From contig JBBTSM010000003.1 in NCBI GenBank assembly GCA_038064675.1, forward strand, positions 38,663 through 102,662: DNA of 64,000 bases, written 5' to 3'. Positions 21,533 to 31,459 of the stretch are shown here, one piece after another. The translations under genes were made by a program, and so were the position numbers. How positions within the stretch are numbered: the first letter of the stretch is position 1; each line of letters opens with the position of its first letter. This DNA is from Patescibacteria group bacterium (GTDB lineage Bacteria > Patescibacteriota > Patescibacteriia > UBA9934). The notes beneath the pieces were generated by a model that had not been told where the DNA came from, ran no database searches, and saw only the letters and a program-made list of their open reading frames with translations.

Positions 21533-22336
21533 CTACCCCAAAAGACCGAAGTACCAAGTAACAAAGGAGTTTCCAAAGAAAAGGGCAATAAATGTACCAA
21601 TCACCATGAAAGTGCCGAATGGGACGTGACTGCGGAGGTCGCGACGGCGGAAGAAGATGAGGTAAAGGCCGAGCAATGCGCCGATGGCGTAGGCGGTGAG
21701 AAGGGCGAAAATCCCGAGCTCAGGACCGAGTAAGAAGCCCATCACCATTGCTAAGCGAATGTCTCCCCCTCCAACCCAGGTTCCGCGAGAGGCGATGTAT
21801 TGGACGGCGAAGAATGCGCCAAGAAGGAATCCTCCGAAAAGCATCGTCAATGGATCAACGCCCATCACCGCGTTCAGTGAAAGCGCGATGATCATCGCGG
21901 GAACAGACAATCGATCCGGAATAATGCTCGCACGGTAATCGAACATAAAAATCGGCAAGAGCAACATCGCGAGCAAACCGTTGCGGAGGAACAATCCCAT
22001 TGCGTCGGATGCGTCGCGCGCGAAGAATGGAATATTCGAATCCTGAGTAACAATTTGATACGCAAATGCCATGAACAACAGTGCCATTACAATCTCAAGC
22101 GCTGGATACTGCCAAGGAATCACAGACTTGCACATGCGGCATTTTCCCTGCAGTACGATGTAGCTAATCAATGGAAAATGATCCTTTGCATGCATCGGCC
22201 TTGCACACGTCACACATTTTCGTCGTCCAGCCGTAAATTCCAAACCGTCTGGCGTACGCAACATGAAAATGTTCACGAATGCTCCGCATACTAAGCCGAG
22301 CACTCCTGCAACAGTAATAATGGGAAACAGCGGCAT
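21533..22336 (-). CDS. pilD: Prepilin peptidase (A24)
   Basis: CxxC...CxxC N-domain, FDYRASIIPD, GGGDIRL, VPFGTF. Confidence 0.93.
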   Translation of the reverse strand: MPLFPIITVAGVLGLVCGAFVNIFMLRTPDGLEFTAGRRKCVTCARPMHAKDHFPLISYIVLQGKCRMCKSVIPWQYPALEIVMALLFMAFAYQIVTQDSNIPFFARDASDAMGLFLRNGLLAMLLLPIFMFDYRASIIPDRLSVPAMIIALSLNAVMGVDPLTMLFGGFLLGAFFAVQYIASRGTWVGGGDIRLAMVMGFLLGPELGIFALLTAYAIGALLGLYLIFFRRRDLRSHVPFGTFMVIGTFIALFFGNSFVTWYFGLLG

Positions 22337-22339
22337 AGG

Positions 22340-22825
22340 TTAGAGTGCGGCGCAGGTGCCAGCCTTAAATCCGTCCTCGCTTAAACAATCGAGGCCCTTC
22401 GCAACTCCAAGCAACGAATTCCCGCCTTCAAGCTCGAACTGGATGCGATACGAATCTGCGGTACCGCTGTAGCAATACACATCACTCACCCCGCCACAGG
22501 CCACAAGCTCACCAAGACCTGCCGCTGGCGGGATCGTGACAACGGAAAGATACGGCGTTGGGCCGTTGGACGAACATGGCGCAGCAAATCCTTCCGGTGA
22601 CAGACATGCCGTCAGCGCCTGACCGAGCGGAATCGCTTCAGCTGCAACAGGATACGAACTGTGATTCTGGAAATACATTTCCAGTGCCATCTGCAGCTCG
22701 CGAACGTTCGCAAGGCGCGTCACGTCACGCGTATGGCTTCGGGCCGAGAGCACCGCGTAGCCCGACACCAGGCCAATGACACCGATGATTGCACCCATGA
22801 TGAGAATTTCTGCGGTTCGTGTCAT
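22340..22825 (-). CDS. Pilin/pseudopilin-like protein
   Basis: Hydrophobic N-helix, ARSHTRDVTRLANVRELQMALEMYF...YP, Cys-rich tail. Confidence 0.8.
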   Translation of the reverse strand: MTRTAEILIMGAIIGVIGLVSGYAVLSARSHTRDVTRLANVRELQMALEMYFQNHSSYPVAAEAIPLGQALTACLSPEGFAAPCSSNGPTPYLSVVTIPPAAGLGELVACGGVSDVYCYSGTADSYRIQFELEGGNSLLGVAKGLDCLSEDGFKAGTCAAL

Positions 22826-23205
22826 AGAGAGAGAAAGTTATGCAGCCGCTCGGCAACGTTCCGCGGCGTGTGATGCGTTGTAAGAATAATATCATCTGCG
22901 CCGGCAGCATGCAGCGCATTCACAAAATCACTGCTCGCTTTTGCCGCAAACACAACAATACGTAACGATTTCATCGTGGGCTGCTTACGCAGCGCACGGA
23001 CATGGGTTGCAACATCGTCGTGCGATCCGACACTTCCACTATCGATAATGAGCAACGCAGCGTGCAGGCGAATTGCTCTGCGCTCAAACTCCGCAATTTC
23101 CGGCACAAGAACCACTTTCGCAAAGCGTTCTAGATGACGTTCATACACCGCGCTCAGCGCTGCGTGCGTCGTCACCAACACAATTGTTGGCCTTGCAGTC
23201 GTCAT
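22822..23205 (-). CDS. Degenerate response-regulator receiver domain
   Basis: LLIID, LRKQPTMKSLRIVVF, AGADDII; acidic pocket residues missing. Confidence 0.65.
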   Translation of the reverse strand: MTTARPTIVLVTTHAALSAVYERHLERFAKVVLVPEIAEFERRAIRLHAALLIIDSGSVGSHDDVATHVRALRKQPTMKSLRIVVFAAKASSDFVNALHAAGADDIILTTHHTPRNVAERLHNFLSL

Positions 23206-23211
23206 ATCCGT

Positions 23212-24321
23212 TTACTTGTCCTTTTCCGGCACCACACGCATAGCTAAGCCAATCGCCACTGCAAGCCGACTTCCCACTTCGTCTAACACGCCGCGCGATT
23301 CTGGTGGTGTTGCAATACGCGCCCAAGGATCACCAACATACACATTCGTATTCAACGTATTTGTCATCGCCGCATCAATCCCTGCAAGCGCCGCAGAGCC
23401 ACCCGTTAAGATTACCTTATCGACAGGCATAGGGCGCTGCGTGTTTTCCTGAAGGTTGATGTCGACTGCGTATTTCACCTCGTGCAGCAACGGCTTGATT
23501 GCCGCAAGAATCGCTGGAGGCATTGTGGAGCTGGCGCCGAGCGTTAAATCCTTTTTTGTTGCCTCTGCTTCTGGCAACCCAATGCTCATCGCGCTCGAAA
23601 GCGCCTCGGTTACCGCACCGCCGCCAGATTTAATTCCCCTCGTCAAATACGGAACGCCACGCTCGGCAATAAGAATGTTTGTACGATCGCCCCCAATATC
23701 CACGATCATGGTTTTCGCGTTGTCTTTGCCGATAAGCGATCGCATCAAGGCGAACACCTCTGTCTCAAGGGAGATGAGCTCGATCTTCGCGAGCGCAAAC
23801 ACCGCAAGATATTTTTCGACGAGCGCTTTTGGTGCAGCAGTCACCTGCACGCGAACCGTCTTCACCTTCTGCTCCGCCGGAGCGTCTACAGTAGGCGCGC
23901 CCTCCTTCGGCAAAAAATCTTTGTCGATAATATGCGAGTCGATAATCATTTCGGAAACCGGCAAAGGCAACAATTTTCCCGCCTGTGCTTCCACCACTGG
24001 ACGAATATCGTCCTTCGCGGACTTTGGAGTAGGAATGCTGATAATCGCGTGAAACACGCTTTGTGCTGGCAACGATGCAACCGCCTTCGTCGCCTTCATG
24101 CCGCTTGCCGTAATAATGCCACGCAATACTTCTGCGAGTTTCTTTGGTTCATCAATGGAGAGTGCAGAAGCATCCCCGCCAAACGGAACGTCGGCATAGC
24201 CGTACGTTACCAATCGAATCCGTCCAGCATCTGGCGCAAGCTCCACAACCTTCAAACCCGTGGTGCCCAAGTCTACGCCAAGCAACGCCTGCGAAACTTC
24301 CTCTTTTTTTGCTCCAAACAT
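23212..24321 (-). CDS. pilM: Type IV pilus assembly protein PilM
   Basis: LGVDLGTTGLKVVEL, IVDIGG, ILTGGSA, AVAIGLAMR. Start MFGAKK. Confidence 0.93.
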   Translation of the reverse strand: MFGAKKEEVSQALLGVDLGTTGLKVVELAPDAGRIRLVTYGYADVPFGGDASALSIDEPKKLAEVLRGIITASGMKATKAVASLPAQSVFHAIISIPTPKSAKDDIRPVVEAQAGKLLPLPVSEMIIDSHIIDKDFLPKEGAPTVDAPAEQKVKTVRVQVTAAPKALVEKYLAVFALAKIELISLETEVFALMRSLIGKDNAKTMIVDIGGDRTNILIAERGVPYLTRGIKSGGGAVTEALSSAMSIGLPEAEATKKDLTLGASSTMPPAILAAIKPLLHEVKYAVDINLQENTQRPMPVDKVILTGGSAALAGIDAAMTNTLNTNVYVGDPWARIATPPESRGVLDEVGSRLAVAIGLAMRVVPEKDK

Positions 24322-24342
24322 ATAGGGAAAGTATAGCACGGA

Positions 24343-24430
24343 GGTGTTAAAGCTTAGCTTTGACACCGTAACACTGATCAAATCTCCCAAATAATTTGAA
24401 GATTCAAATGTTAAAGCTTAGCTTTGCCAT
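24343..24430. repeat. Two REP palindromes (family B) at the RAYT 3' end
   Basis: GGTGTTAAAGCTTAGCTTTGACACC (24343-24367) and ATGTTAAAGCTTAGCTTTGCCAT (24408-24430). Confidence 0.9.
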
Positions 24431-25042
24431 ATCACGATGTGGGATCCAGGATCTCACAAATTCTAGATACTCTTCTGGCGGTATGAGTGATGCCAAAAAT
24501 TCTGGATGAATAATGGGATCGATTGTTTTACCGATGTAATGACGAAAACTTGACCATGGATACTCAAGAAGCTTTTCAAAACGACCTTCGCTATCAGCGA
24601 ACAGGTCGAGTTGATTCAGATGAACGTAACGTGTCGAATGAAGAAACTGACGATCGTCCTCGATCAAAACAGACTTATACGATGATTCGAATAAGGATCC
24701 GGTCCGATCGTATTTTCGATTAAAGTACTTCGTGTACCCCGTACCAAGTCGCTGCATAAACCTCGCAACACCATCATCAGCGATCTGTTTCACGATAAAG
24801 TGAACGTGATTATTCATCAATGTGTAACAAATGATCTCGACCAAAGGAGTCGTCGAACGTAGCGGATGACTGCCGTCTTCTCCGAGCTCAGGCTTCCTTG
24901 CGATCACTTCATCGTCGTTGAATAGAATGCAACCTCGAAGAAATCGACGTCGATCCTCATCACACAGAAAGGTATCCCGCCGATCAACTCCACGGTTGTA
25001 AATATGGTAATAACAGCCCGCTACCATCGGAGTAACACGCAT
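24404..25042 (-). mobile_element. REP-associated tyrosine transposase (RAYT, Y1 HUH)
   Basis: YYHIYNRG, LMNNHVH (HUH), YFNRKYDRTGSLF, RYVHLN, YPWSS; flanked by REPs. Confidence 0.93.
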
Positions 25043-25066
25043 AAAAGATTGATTTTCCTACTCTGA

Positions 25067-25086
25067 GTGTTAAAGCTTAGCTTTGT
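25067..25086. repeat. REP (family B) upstream of RAYT, overlapping the rnhA stop
   Basis: GTGTTAAAGCTTAGCTTTGT. Confidence 0.85.
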
Positions 25087-25504
25087 TTTTCACCCCATCC
25101 AACGTTTCATTCACCAGCGCGTCGGCGGCAGTATTTTGTTCGCGGAACACATGAGAGAATGTCGCTTTCCTGAATTTCGTTCGGAGATTGTGCACCTCAA
25201 GGAACCGCTTAGCGATTTCGGCATTTTTCACACGGTAGATACCGTTAATCTGCTTCACCGCCAGCTCGGAATCGAGGCGAACATCAATTTCCTCATATCC
25301 AAGATCGAGCGCCTTTTGTAAACCAATGATGATACCGGTGTACTCTGCTTGATTGTTCGTATCGATCCCAATGTACTTCGCGGCATCAGCAACGCGCTCG
25401 CCCTGCTCTCCGGCCGCCGATAACACAAAAAGAACTGCGGCGCCAGCAGCAGGCCCCGGATTTCCTCGACTCCCCCCGTCGGCGTACATTCTCACTTTTT
25501 TCAT
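25070..25504 (-). CDS. rnhA: Ribonuclease HI family protein
   Basis: DGGSRGNPG, TNNQAEY, DSEL, HVFREQN..AD. Confidence 0.92.
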   Translation of the reverse strand: MKKVRMYADGGSRGNPGPAAGAAVLFVLSAAGEQGERVADAAKYIGIDTNNQAEYTGIIIGLQKALDLGYEEIDVRLDSELAVKQINGIYRVKNAEIAKRFLEVHNLRTKFRKATFSHVFREQNTAADALVNETLDGVKNKAKL

Positions 25505-27201
25505 AATCGAATGTCTACGATTCTGCATTGTACATCCTTCCGCCCATTCCATTCGTTGATTCCTGGTTCGTAGGCAATATCAATCTGACGTCCACGAACC
25601 AGCTCCTCCGCTTTGTCGCCCATGCCAAACCCAATCATCTTACTTACCTTTCCAGCATCATCAAGCACGGTGAGCCGAAGATGCGTCCCCGTTGATCCCA
25701 TCGTTTCCGCAATCATCACCGTCAATTTCAACGCAGCAAATATTGGCGGGCGATTCCCTTCGCCAAATGGCGCACACGCATTGAGTTCACCAAGAGAATC
25801 GATCGTGAACGTTGACGGCGTGACGACTGCATCGATCGGCAGTGTCACCGACGGCCCGTTCGCACCAAACTTCGATCGCGCAAACACATTCATCTGGGTT
25901 CGGAACTCGTGAACGTCGTCCATGGTTCGTACCGACAAACCACACGCCTGAGGATGCCCGCCTTTCTTAATGAAAATATCGCCACACGCATTCATCGCCT
26001 CCACAAGGTGGAGACCGCCGGCCGTGCGACCGCTCCCCACATAATGATCGCCAACTTTCGTGAGCGCGAATGCTGGCAACGCAAAATCGTTGACAAGACG
26101 CCCAGCGATGAGGCCAACGATTCCCGGCAACCACGCGTCGCTCGCAACAACTAACACATTGCACTGGTCGTCGATCATGCTCTTCGCGATCTGCTCCGCC
26201 TCCTTGTACGAATCTTTGAAAATCGACTGACGCTCCTTGTTCAACGATTCAAGTTTTGTTGCGGCAACCTCCGCAGCCTCGGCAGTTTGTGCCGTAAGCG
26301 TATCGAATGCGAGCTTTGCACTCGACAATCGGCCCGCAGCGTTGAGCCGAGGCCCAATGCGGAATCCGATTGCCGTTGTATCGATCGTCCCGAGATCGGT
26401 GCCGGACATTGTGAGCATTGCACGAAGGCCAGGTCGGCGCGTCTTATTTAAAACCTGCAACCCAAATGTTTCGAGCACACGATTCTCTCCAAGAATCGGC
26501 ATCACATCCGTCACCGTCGCTATGGCAACGAAATCGAGAAACCATTTTTCGTAGCCCTCGGGAATATCGGAGCCTCGATTCCGAGCTTCATGGATTAACG
26601 CCGATGCAAATTTGAATGCAACGCCCGTTCCGCACAATGTTTTGTTTGCATATGTCTCACCCGGTGCCAGCGGATGCAGCACGATGGCGTGGCCTGGAAA
26701 ATGCGTGCCCATTTGGTGATGGTCACAAATAACAACATCAATTCCCGCCTCGAATGTGCGATCGAGCTCCAGTCCATTTGCGATTCCGCAGTCCACCGTG
26801 ACGAGAAGCTTCTTCTTCTCGTCGATGAAGCGCTCGATGGTATGCATCGCAACGCCGTATCCATCTTTCTCACGATCCGGCAGGAATACCTCGACGTTGA
26901 AAGTGAAACTCATCTTGTCTGTAATGTATCGCAACGCCTCAAACAACAATGCCGATCCGGATACGCCATCGGCATCGTAGTCGCCGTGAATAACGATCGC
27001 ATCGCCACGTTCCAGTGCACCGAACATCGCCGCAACCGCCTTTGGCATCTGCGTAAAGTCGAACGGCGAATGCGTGTCGCGCTCCCAATCGGGATACAAA
27101 AAATGCTCGCGATGTTCTACCGCAACACCTCGATTCACTAAAAGCTGCGAAACAAGGTTGTCCTCGCTCCGCGGCGCGATGTTCCATGCAATCGTTGCCA
27201 C
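25501..27201 (-). CDS. recJ: ssDNA exonuclease RecJ
   Basis: GDYDADG, TVDCG, DHH, PRLNAAGR, GGHPQACG, PFGEGN. Confidence 0.97.
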   Translation of the reverse strand: MATIAWNIAPRSEDNLVSQLLVNRGVAVEHREHFLYPDWERDTHSPFDFTQMPKAVAAMFGALERGDAIVIHGDYDADGVSGSALLFEALRYITDKMSFTFNVEVFLPDREKDGYGVAMHTIERFIDEKKKLLVTVDCGIANGLELDRTFEAGIDVVICDHHQMGTHFPGHAIVLHPLAPGETYANKTLCGTGVAFKFASALIHEARNRGSDIPEGYEKWFLDFVAIATVTDVMPILGENRVLETFGLQVLNKTRRPGLRAMLTMSGTDLGTIDTTAIGFRIGPRLNAAGRLSSAKLAFDTLTAQTAEAAEVAATKLESLNKERQSIFKDSYKEAEQIAKSMIDDQCNVLVVASDAWLPGIVGLIAGRLVNDFALPAFALTKVGDHYVGSGRTAGGLHLVEAMNACGDIFIKKGGHPQACGLSVRTMDDVHEFRTQMNVFARSKFGANGPSVTLPIDAVVTPSTFTIDSLGELNACAPFGEGNRPPIFAALKLTVMIAETMGSTGTHLRLTVLDDAGKVSKMIGFGMGDKAEELVRGRQIDIAYEPGINEWNGRKDVQCRIVDIRL

Positions 27202-27202
27202 A

Positions 27203-27301
27203 CTAGTATCCTAACTGGCTCATCGATGCCAACATCGACACCATCACCAAAAGTGCAACAACGGCCCAGAACTTCTTCGTGTATTTTGAATTGAATTTCA
27301 T
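27203..27301 (-). CDS. 32-aa single-TM small protein
   Basis: MKFNSKYTKKFWAVVALLVMVSMLASMSQLGY; stop lies 1 nt before the recJ GTG. Below the ORF-track cutoff. Confidence 0.6.
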   Translation of the reverse strand: MKFNSKYTKKFWAVVALLVMVSMLASMSQLGY

Positions 27302-27414
27302 GGCCACAGCGTAACAACGATCCGCGTTTGCGTCATTGGGAGGTGGGGATGAACCGCTACTTTGAAACGAACTCCAAAAACTGCTACTGTCTCTCTGCTA
27401 CATACAGGAGTGCC

Positions 27415-27987
27415 ATGGCAGACAGCGCATCAGCAACGCAATACACGAAAATCTACGAAGGGACGGATCATCGACTCGGCAAGATCATCGTCTGTATTGA
27501 GGGAAAGCATGATCTTGACGACGACACACTCGTCGTACTCGATCACGTCTTCCGCGCGTTCCAACTGGTAAATGAAACTGTTCATAGTATCGACGACCCG
27601 GAAATGGAGGCGTGGTACATCTCGCTCGCAAAGTCGTACTTCTACGTGACCACCGGTACCGTGGTCACGTCGGAAAATCAACCGACCAATGAAGACATCG
27701 GGGACAGCAGCACCTGGCGACTCGACGTTCCGGAGTACGGCGTCGTGATCATCGAGCCCTGCGGCGCAGTGGAATACAATGACGATACGTGCCAGATTTT
27801 CGTATCGCATCCCGGGCAGGGCGTGTACCTCGTGATCCTGCTAGAGATCATCGACACGAACCCGCTCACGTTCCGTTCCGTAGACCTACAGGACAAGGAA
27901 CTGTGCGACGGGATCATCAACGGCTACCTCCTCGAGATCGGGGCCGTTGAAGTAGAGAAAAACGCGTCCAGCGCCGATGACAACTGA
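27415..27987 (+). CDS. Orphan acidic hypothetical protein
   Basis: AGGAG RBS, start MADSAS, own downstream hairpin. Confidence 0.7.
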   Translation: MADSASATQYTKIYEGTDHRLGKIIVCIEGKHDLDDDTLVVLDHVFRAFQLVNETVHSIDDPEMEAWYISLAKSYFYVTTGTVVTSENQPTNEDIGDSSTWRLDVPEYGVVIIEPCGAVEYNDDTCQIFVSHPGQGVYLVILLEIIDTNPLTFRSVDLQDKELCDGIINGYLLEIGAVEVEKNASSADDN

Positions 27988-28038
27988 ACGACGAGCGCCG
28001 CCACCCGTACGGGGAGGCGGCGCTTCGACATTTGGGTA

Positions 28039-29853
28039 CTACCGTTTCAACACCTTCATGTACGCCTCGCTTGGGATGTCTACGGAGCCGACGCCCATCG
28101 CAAGCATTTTCTTCTTTCCCTTCTTCTGCTTCTCCAGCAACTTCAACTTTCGCGTCGCGTCACCACCGTACAATCCGGCAGTCACGTCTTTTCGCATTGC
28201 AGAAATGCGTTCGCTGGCCACCACTTTTCCCCCGATCATCGCCTGGAGTTTGATGACGAATTGCTGACGAGGGATGCTGTCCTTCAAGATTTCGAGCACA
28301 CGACGGCCAACGCGCTCGGCTTCGTTCCGATACACAATCATCGCAAACGCATCCACGTTGTCGTCTGCAACAGAAATGTCGAGTCGGCACACATCGGCTT
28401 CGCGATACACGAATACATCGTAGCTCATCGACGCATACCCGCTTGATGCGCCCTTCAACTTATCGTTGAAATCGACGATGATTGCCGACAGTGGAAGTTC
28501 GTAGTGAATGAGCGCACGCCCTTCGGAGAGATAGTCCGTATTGATGTAAATTCCTCGGCGATCCTGTGCAAGCGACATCACATTTCCGATCGAATCGACC
28601 GGTGTAATGATATCCACCTTCGCCCACGGTTCGTCGATGTGATCGATGAAACTCGGGTCTGGTAAATCGAGCGCGCTTTTGACGATGTCATAGGTCGAAT
28701 CGGACCTATTGGACCTATACACATGATAGGCAACACTTGGCAGTGTTACCACCAAATCAATGGTGAATTCCCTACTCAATCGCTCCTTCAAAATTTCAAG
28801 GTGGAGCATGCCAAGGAATCCACAACGGAAACCATAGCCGAGCGCTGGCGAATGTTCAGGTTCGAACACGAGCGCCGCGTCGTTGAGCTTCAATCGGTCC
28901 ATTGCGTCGCGAAGCGCACCGTACTCGTCGCCTTGTGCTGGAAAAATTCCCGCGAACACCATTGGTCGAACTTCGCGATATCCCGCCAACGATTCAACGT
29001 GTTCGGTAACAGGCGCAACAGTCATCGTGTCTCCAACACGACATGCGCGAATATCTTTAAGTCCAGTAACAATGTATCCGATCTGTCCGGTTTCGAGCTC
29101 ATCAAGTGGAGAAAACTTTGGTGTGAGCGCGCCGATCTCGAGGATTTCTCCGTCGGCATCTGTTGCGAGCAGCTTCAGCTTGTCGCGTTTCTTAAACGTT
29201 CCGTCCATCACGCGAACGTATGCCACAACACCTTTGTAGTCGTCGTAAGCCGAATCGAAAATGACGGCGCGTGGCGGTTTCGTTTCCGATCCTTCTGGCG
29301 ACGGCACACGGTCGATGACGGCGTCGAGAAGCTCGCGAACACCAGCGCCAGTTTTTCCCGATACTTCCAAAATCGAATCCGGATCGCAACCCAAAAGCTT
29401 CACGAGCTCGGCCTTGCGTGTTGGCACGTCGGCCGCTGGAAGATCGATCTTGTTGAGTACTGGGATGATCTCAAGATTTTCTTCAACAGCGAGGTACAGG
29501 TTCGCGATGGTCTGTGCCTGAACGCCTTGCGTGGCATCGACCAGGAGAACGGCACCGTTTACCGACGCGAGCGACCGACTCACCTCGTAGTTGAAGTCGA
29601 TGTGGCCTGGGGTGTCGATGAGGTTCAGCGTGTAGTCCACGTCGTCCTTTTTCCAGACCATTCGGGCCGGAGCAAGCTTGATGGTAATTCCCCGTTCTCG
29701 CTCAATATCCATGGAATCGAGCACCTGGTCCTTCATGATGCGTTTGTCGATGGTGCCAGTCACCTCCAAAAGACGATCCGAAAGCGTGGACTTTCCGTGG
29801 TCGATATGGGCAATAATGCAGAAATTGCGGATGTTTTTCTGTGGGACAGGCAT
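28039..29853 (-). CDS. lepA: Elongation factor 4
   Basis: IRNFCIIAHIDHGKST, ERERGITIK, GFLGMLHLEI, KLLEKQKKGKKKM. Confidence 0.98.
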   Translation of the reverse strand: MPVPQKNIRNFCIIAHIDHGKSTLSDRLLEVTGTIDKRIMKDQVLDSMDIERERGITIKLAPARMVWKKDDVDYTLNLIDTPGHIDFNYEVSRSLASVNGAVLLVDATQGVQAQTIANLYLAVEENLEIIPVLNKIDLPAADVPTRKAELVKLLGCDPDSILEVSGKTGAGVRELLDAVIDRVPSPEGSETKPPRAVIFDSAYDDYKGVVAYVRVMDGTFKKRDKLKLLATDADGEILEIGALTPKFSPLDELETGQIGYIVTGLKDIRACRVGDTMTVAPVTEHVESLAGYREVRPMVFAGIFPAQGDEYGALRDAMDRLKLNDAALVFEPEHSPALGYGFRCGFLGMLHLEILKERLSREFTIDLVVTLPSVAYHVYRSNRSDSTYDIVKSALDLPDPSFIDHIDEPWAKVDIITPVDSIGNVMSLAQDRRGIYINTDYLSEGRALIHYELPLSAIIVDFNDKLKGASSGYASMSYDVFVYREADVCRLDISVADDNVDAFAMIVYRNEAERVGRRVLEILKDSIPRQQFVIKLQAMIGGKVVASERISAMRKDVTAGLYGGDATRKLKLLEKQKKGKKKMLAMGVGSVDIPSEAYMKVLKR

Positions 29854-29925
29854 AGCGGCAGGGCTTGGGCCGTATTGTACCTTCATTTTTTCATTTTTGC
29901 CTATTCCCGATCAAACGCTCGTGGT

Positions 29926-29954
29926 TTGCCTTTTTTCAAATTTTCTGCTAATAT
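29926..29954 (+). promoter_or_regulatory. Putative sigma70 promoter
   Basis: TTGCCT-N17-TAATAT with an extended TG. Confidence 0.5.
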
Positions 29955-30040
29955 TGGACGTTTCCTCTGCGGGCAATCCCAGCAAAAGGAACGAAAAAAA
30001 CAGTGCTCAGTTCTTCAACTTCTCACCAGGAGGCTCCACC

Positions 30041-30616
30041 ATGGGCCACCCGCGCACCGCCGAACAGACCTCCTGGCCCCCTGGCCGGCACCAAGTCCGT
30101 GTTCGACCAAGAAAAGAAAAACCGAAGCGGCGGCGTACGACACCGCCGCTTCCCCCACCGACGACCCTCTTCCTCGTTCCAGACTTGCCGCAGGCGCCAG
30201 CTGTCAACGAGGGTCCGTGGGGAGTGGAATGGACCGAAGTCCAACGGTCCATCGCGGAACGAGCGGTAGAGACCGTGGGAGATGCGGCCAACAAAGCCGC
30301 GACAACCGTCTTCCTGCTGATCCTGGAGTTTCAGCGGACAGACGATTCAGCGACAGAGCACGGCAAGAAGCTCCTCGGCGCACTCCATCGGCTGCTCGAC
30401 TCTTACATCACCCGGTGCAGCGCACTGGATGTGATGAAAAGAATCCACGAAATCGGAGATCGACTCCGACTAGATGGATATTCCGAAATCCTGGACTGGA
30501 GCGCCACCGCAAGATTCGTGGTTCAGAAGGTGTACGCACAGGGCTACGTCGCCGCGCTCGGACAGGCCGAAGCAGCAGTCCCAAGAGCGTTCACTTCCCG
30601 CTCACACCGCCCGTGA
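30041..30616 (+). CDS. Orphan hypothetical protein
   Basis: AGGAGG RBS before ATG 30041; hairpin after the stop. Confidence 0.6.
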   Translation: MGHPRTAEQTSWPPGRHQVRVRPRKEKPKRRRTTPPLPPPTTLFLVPDLPQAPAVNEGPWGVEWTEVQRSIAERAVETVGDAANKAATTVFLLILEFQRTDDSATEHGKKLLGALHRLLDSYITRCSALDVMKRIHEIGDRLRLDGYSEILDWSATARFVVQKVYAQGYVAALGQAEAAVPRAFTSRSHRP

Positions 30617-30752
30617 CACGTACGCAAAGGCCTTCGACTCTTCACGGAGTTCGAGGGTCTGGCTGTTTTTAGCATCCAATTTGAACAAGCGGATCAATTT
30701 TGATAGTATTCCTCGTCACTTCAGCCAACGCTGGAGGACGAAAAGGAGAAAC

Positions 30753-31301
30753 GTGCTACGCGATAAACCACCCCTCGGCGTCTACGAAGCAGTAACGGAG
30801 GGCCTCGATAGGCACCTCCGACGCCAGATTGGCGACCTCATCAACATTCCGTGGAAAAAAATCGGACGCCTTGAGGTCTGGCAGATTCTGGAGTCTCCCT
30901 ACGCAACCGGACCGGACTTGATTGCCGGCCCAACGCCAGGTCAGTTCCGGAGTATCCGTAAAAAGCTCTCCGCCGTTCACTCTCGGCTGACGCCCCGAAC
31001 CCTCATCACTCGCCAGCTCAAGGAGCACCTGAGTATCGAACCCAGCGAGCGAGATCCAATGGAAGTCGGTGTCACCTGGCGAGTCGAGCAGACTCTCGTC
31101 CCCGTGCCATGCCCCGAAGGCAAGGCTCTGGAAGGCGAAGAGACACCCACCGCACAAGAGATGCGACTGGTGGTGGACAACCTCCGTCACGTCCACGTAC
31201 TCGCCGCGTACGACCGGCTCGTCTCGCTCTACGAGCTCATCGACCGCAACCCTGTTGCCGCGGCCATCATCGTGAACGAATTGAAGCGGCTCGACTACTA
31301 G
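30753..31301 (+). CDS. Orphan hypothetical protein
   Basis: AAGGAG RBS before GTG 30753; hairpin after the stop. Confidence 0.6.
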   Translation: MLRDKPPLGVYEAVTEGLDRHLRRQIGDLINIPWKKIGRLEVWQILESPYATGPDLIAGPTPGQFRSIRKKLSAVHSRLTPRTLITRQLKEHLSIEPSERDPMEVGVTWRVEQTLVPVPCPEGKALEGEETPTAQEMRLVVDNLRHVHVLAAYDRLVSLYELIDRNPVAAAIIVNELKRLDY

Positions 31302-31459
31302 TCACTACAAACGCGCAACGCGGTTCGACCACGCAGGTCGAGCCGCTCGTCGTTTTAGCTGAGTTTCATCACGGAACGACACTCGTCTTCCAGCGCAGCA
31401 AGCGCCACAAGCACGAGAAGAATTCGCATGGAGAAACGGAGATTATGCCCGTGCGCCGG

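Noticed and set aside
24343-25086. CRISPR array
   Set aside because: Only three irregularly spaced palindromes around a RAYT, no cas genes, and no regular repeat-spacer array anywhere in the window.
28723-30672. 649-aa plus-strand ORF
   Set aside because: Antisense shadow of lepA running out of frame through an orphan gene; no motifs.
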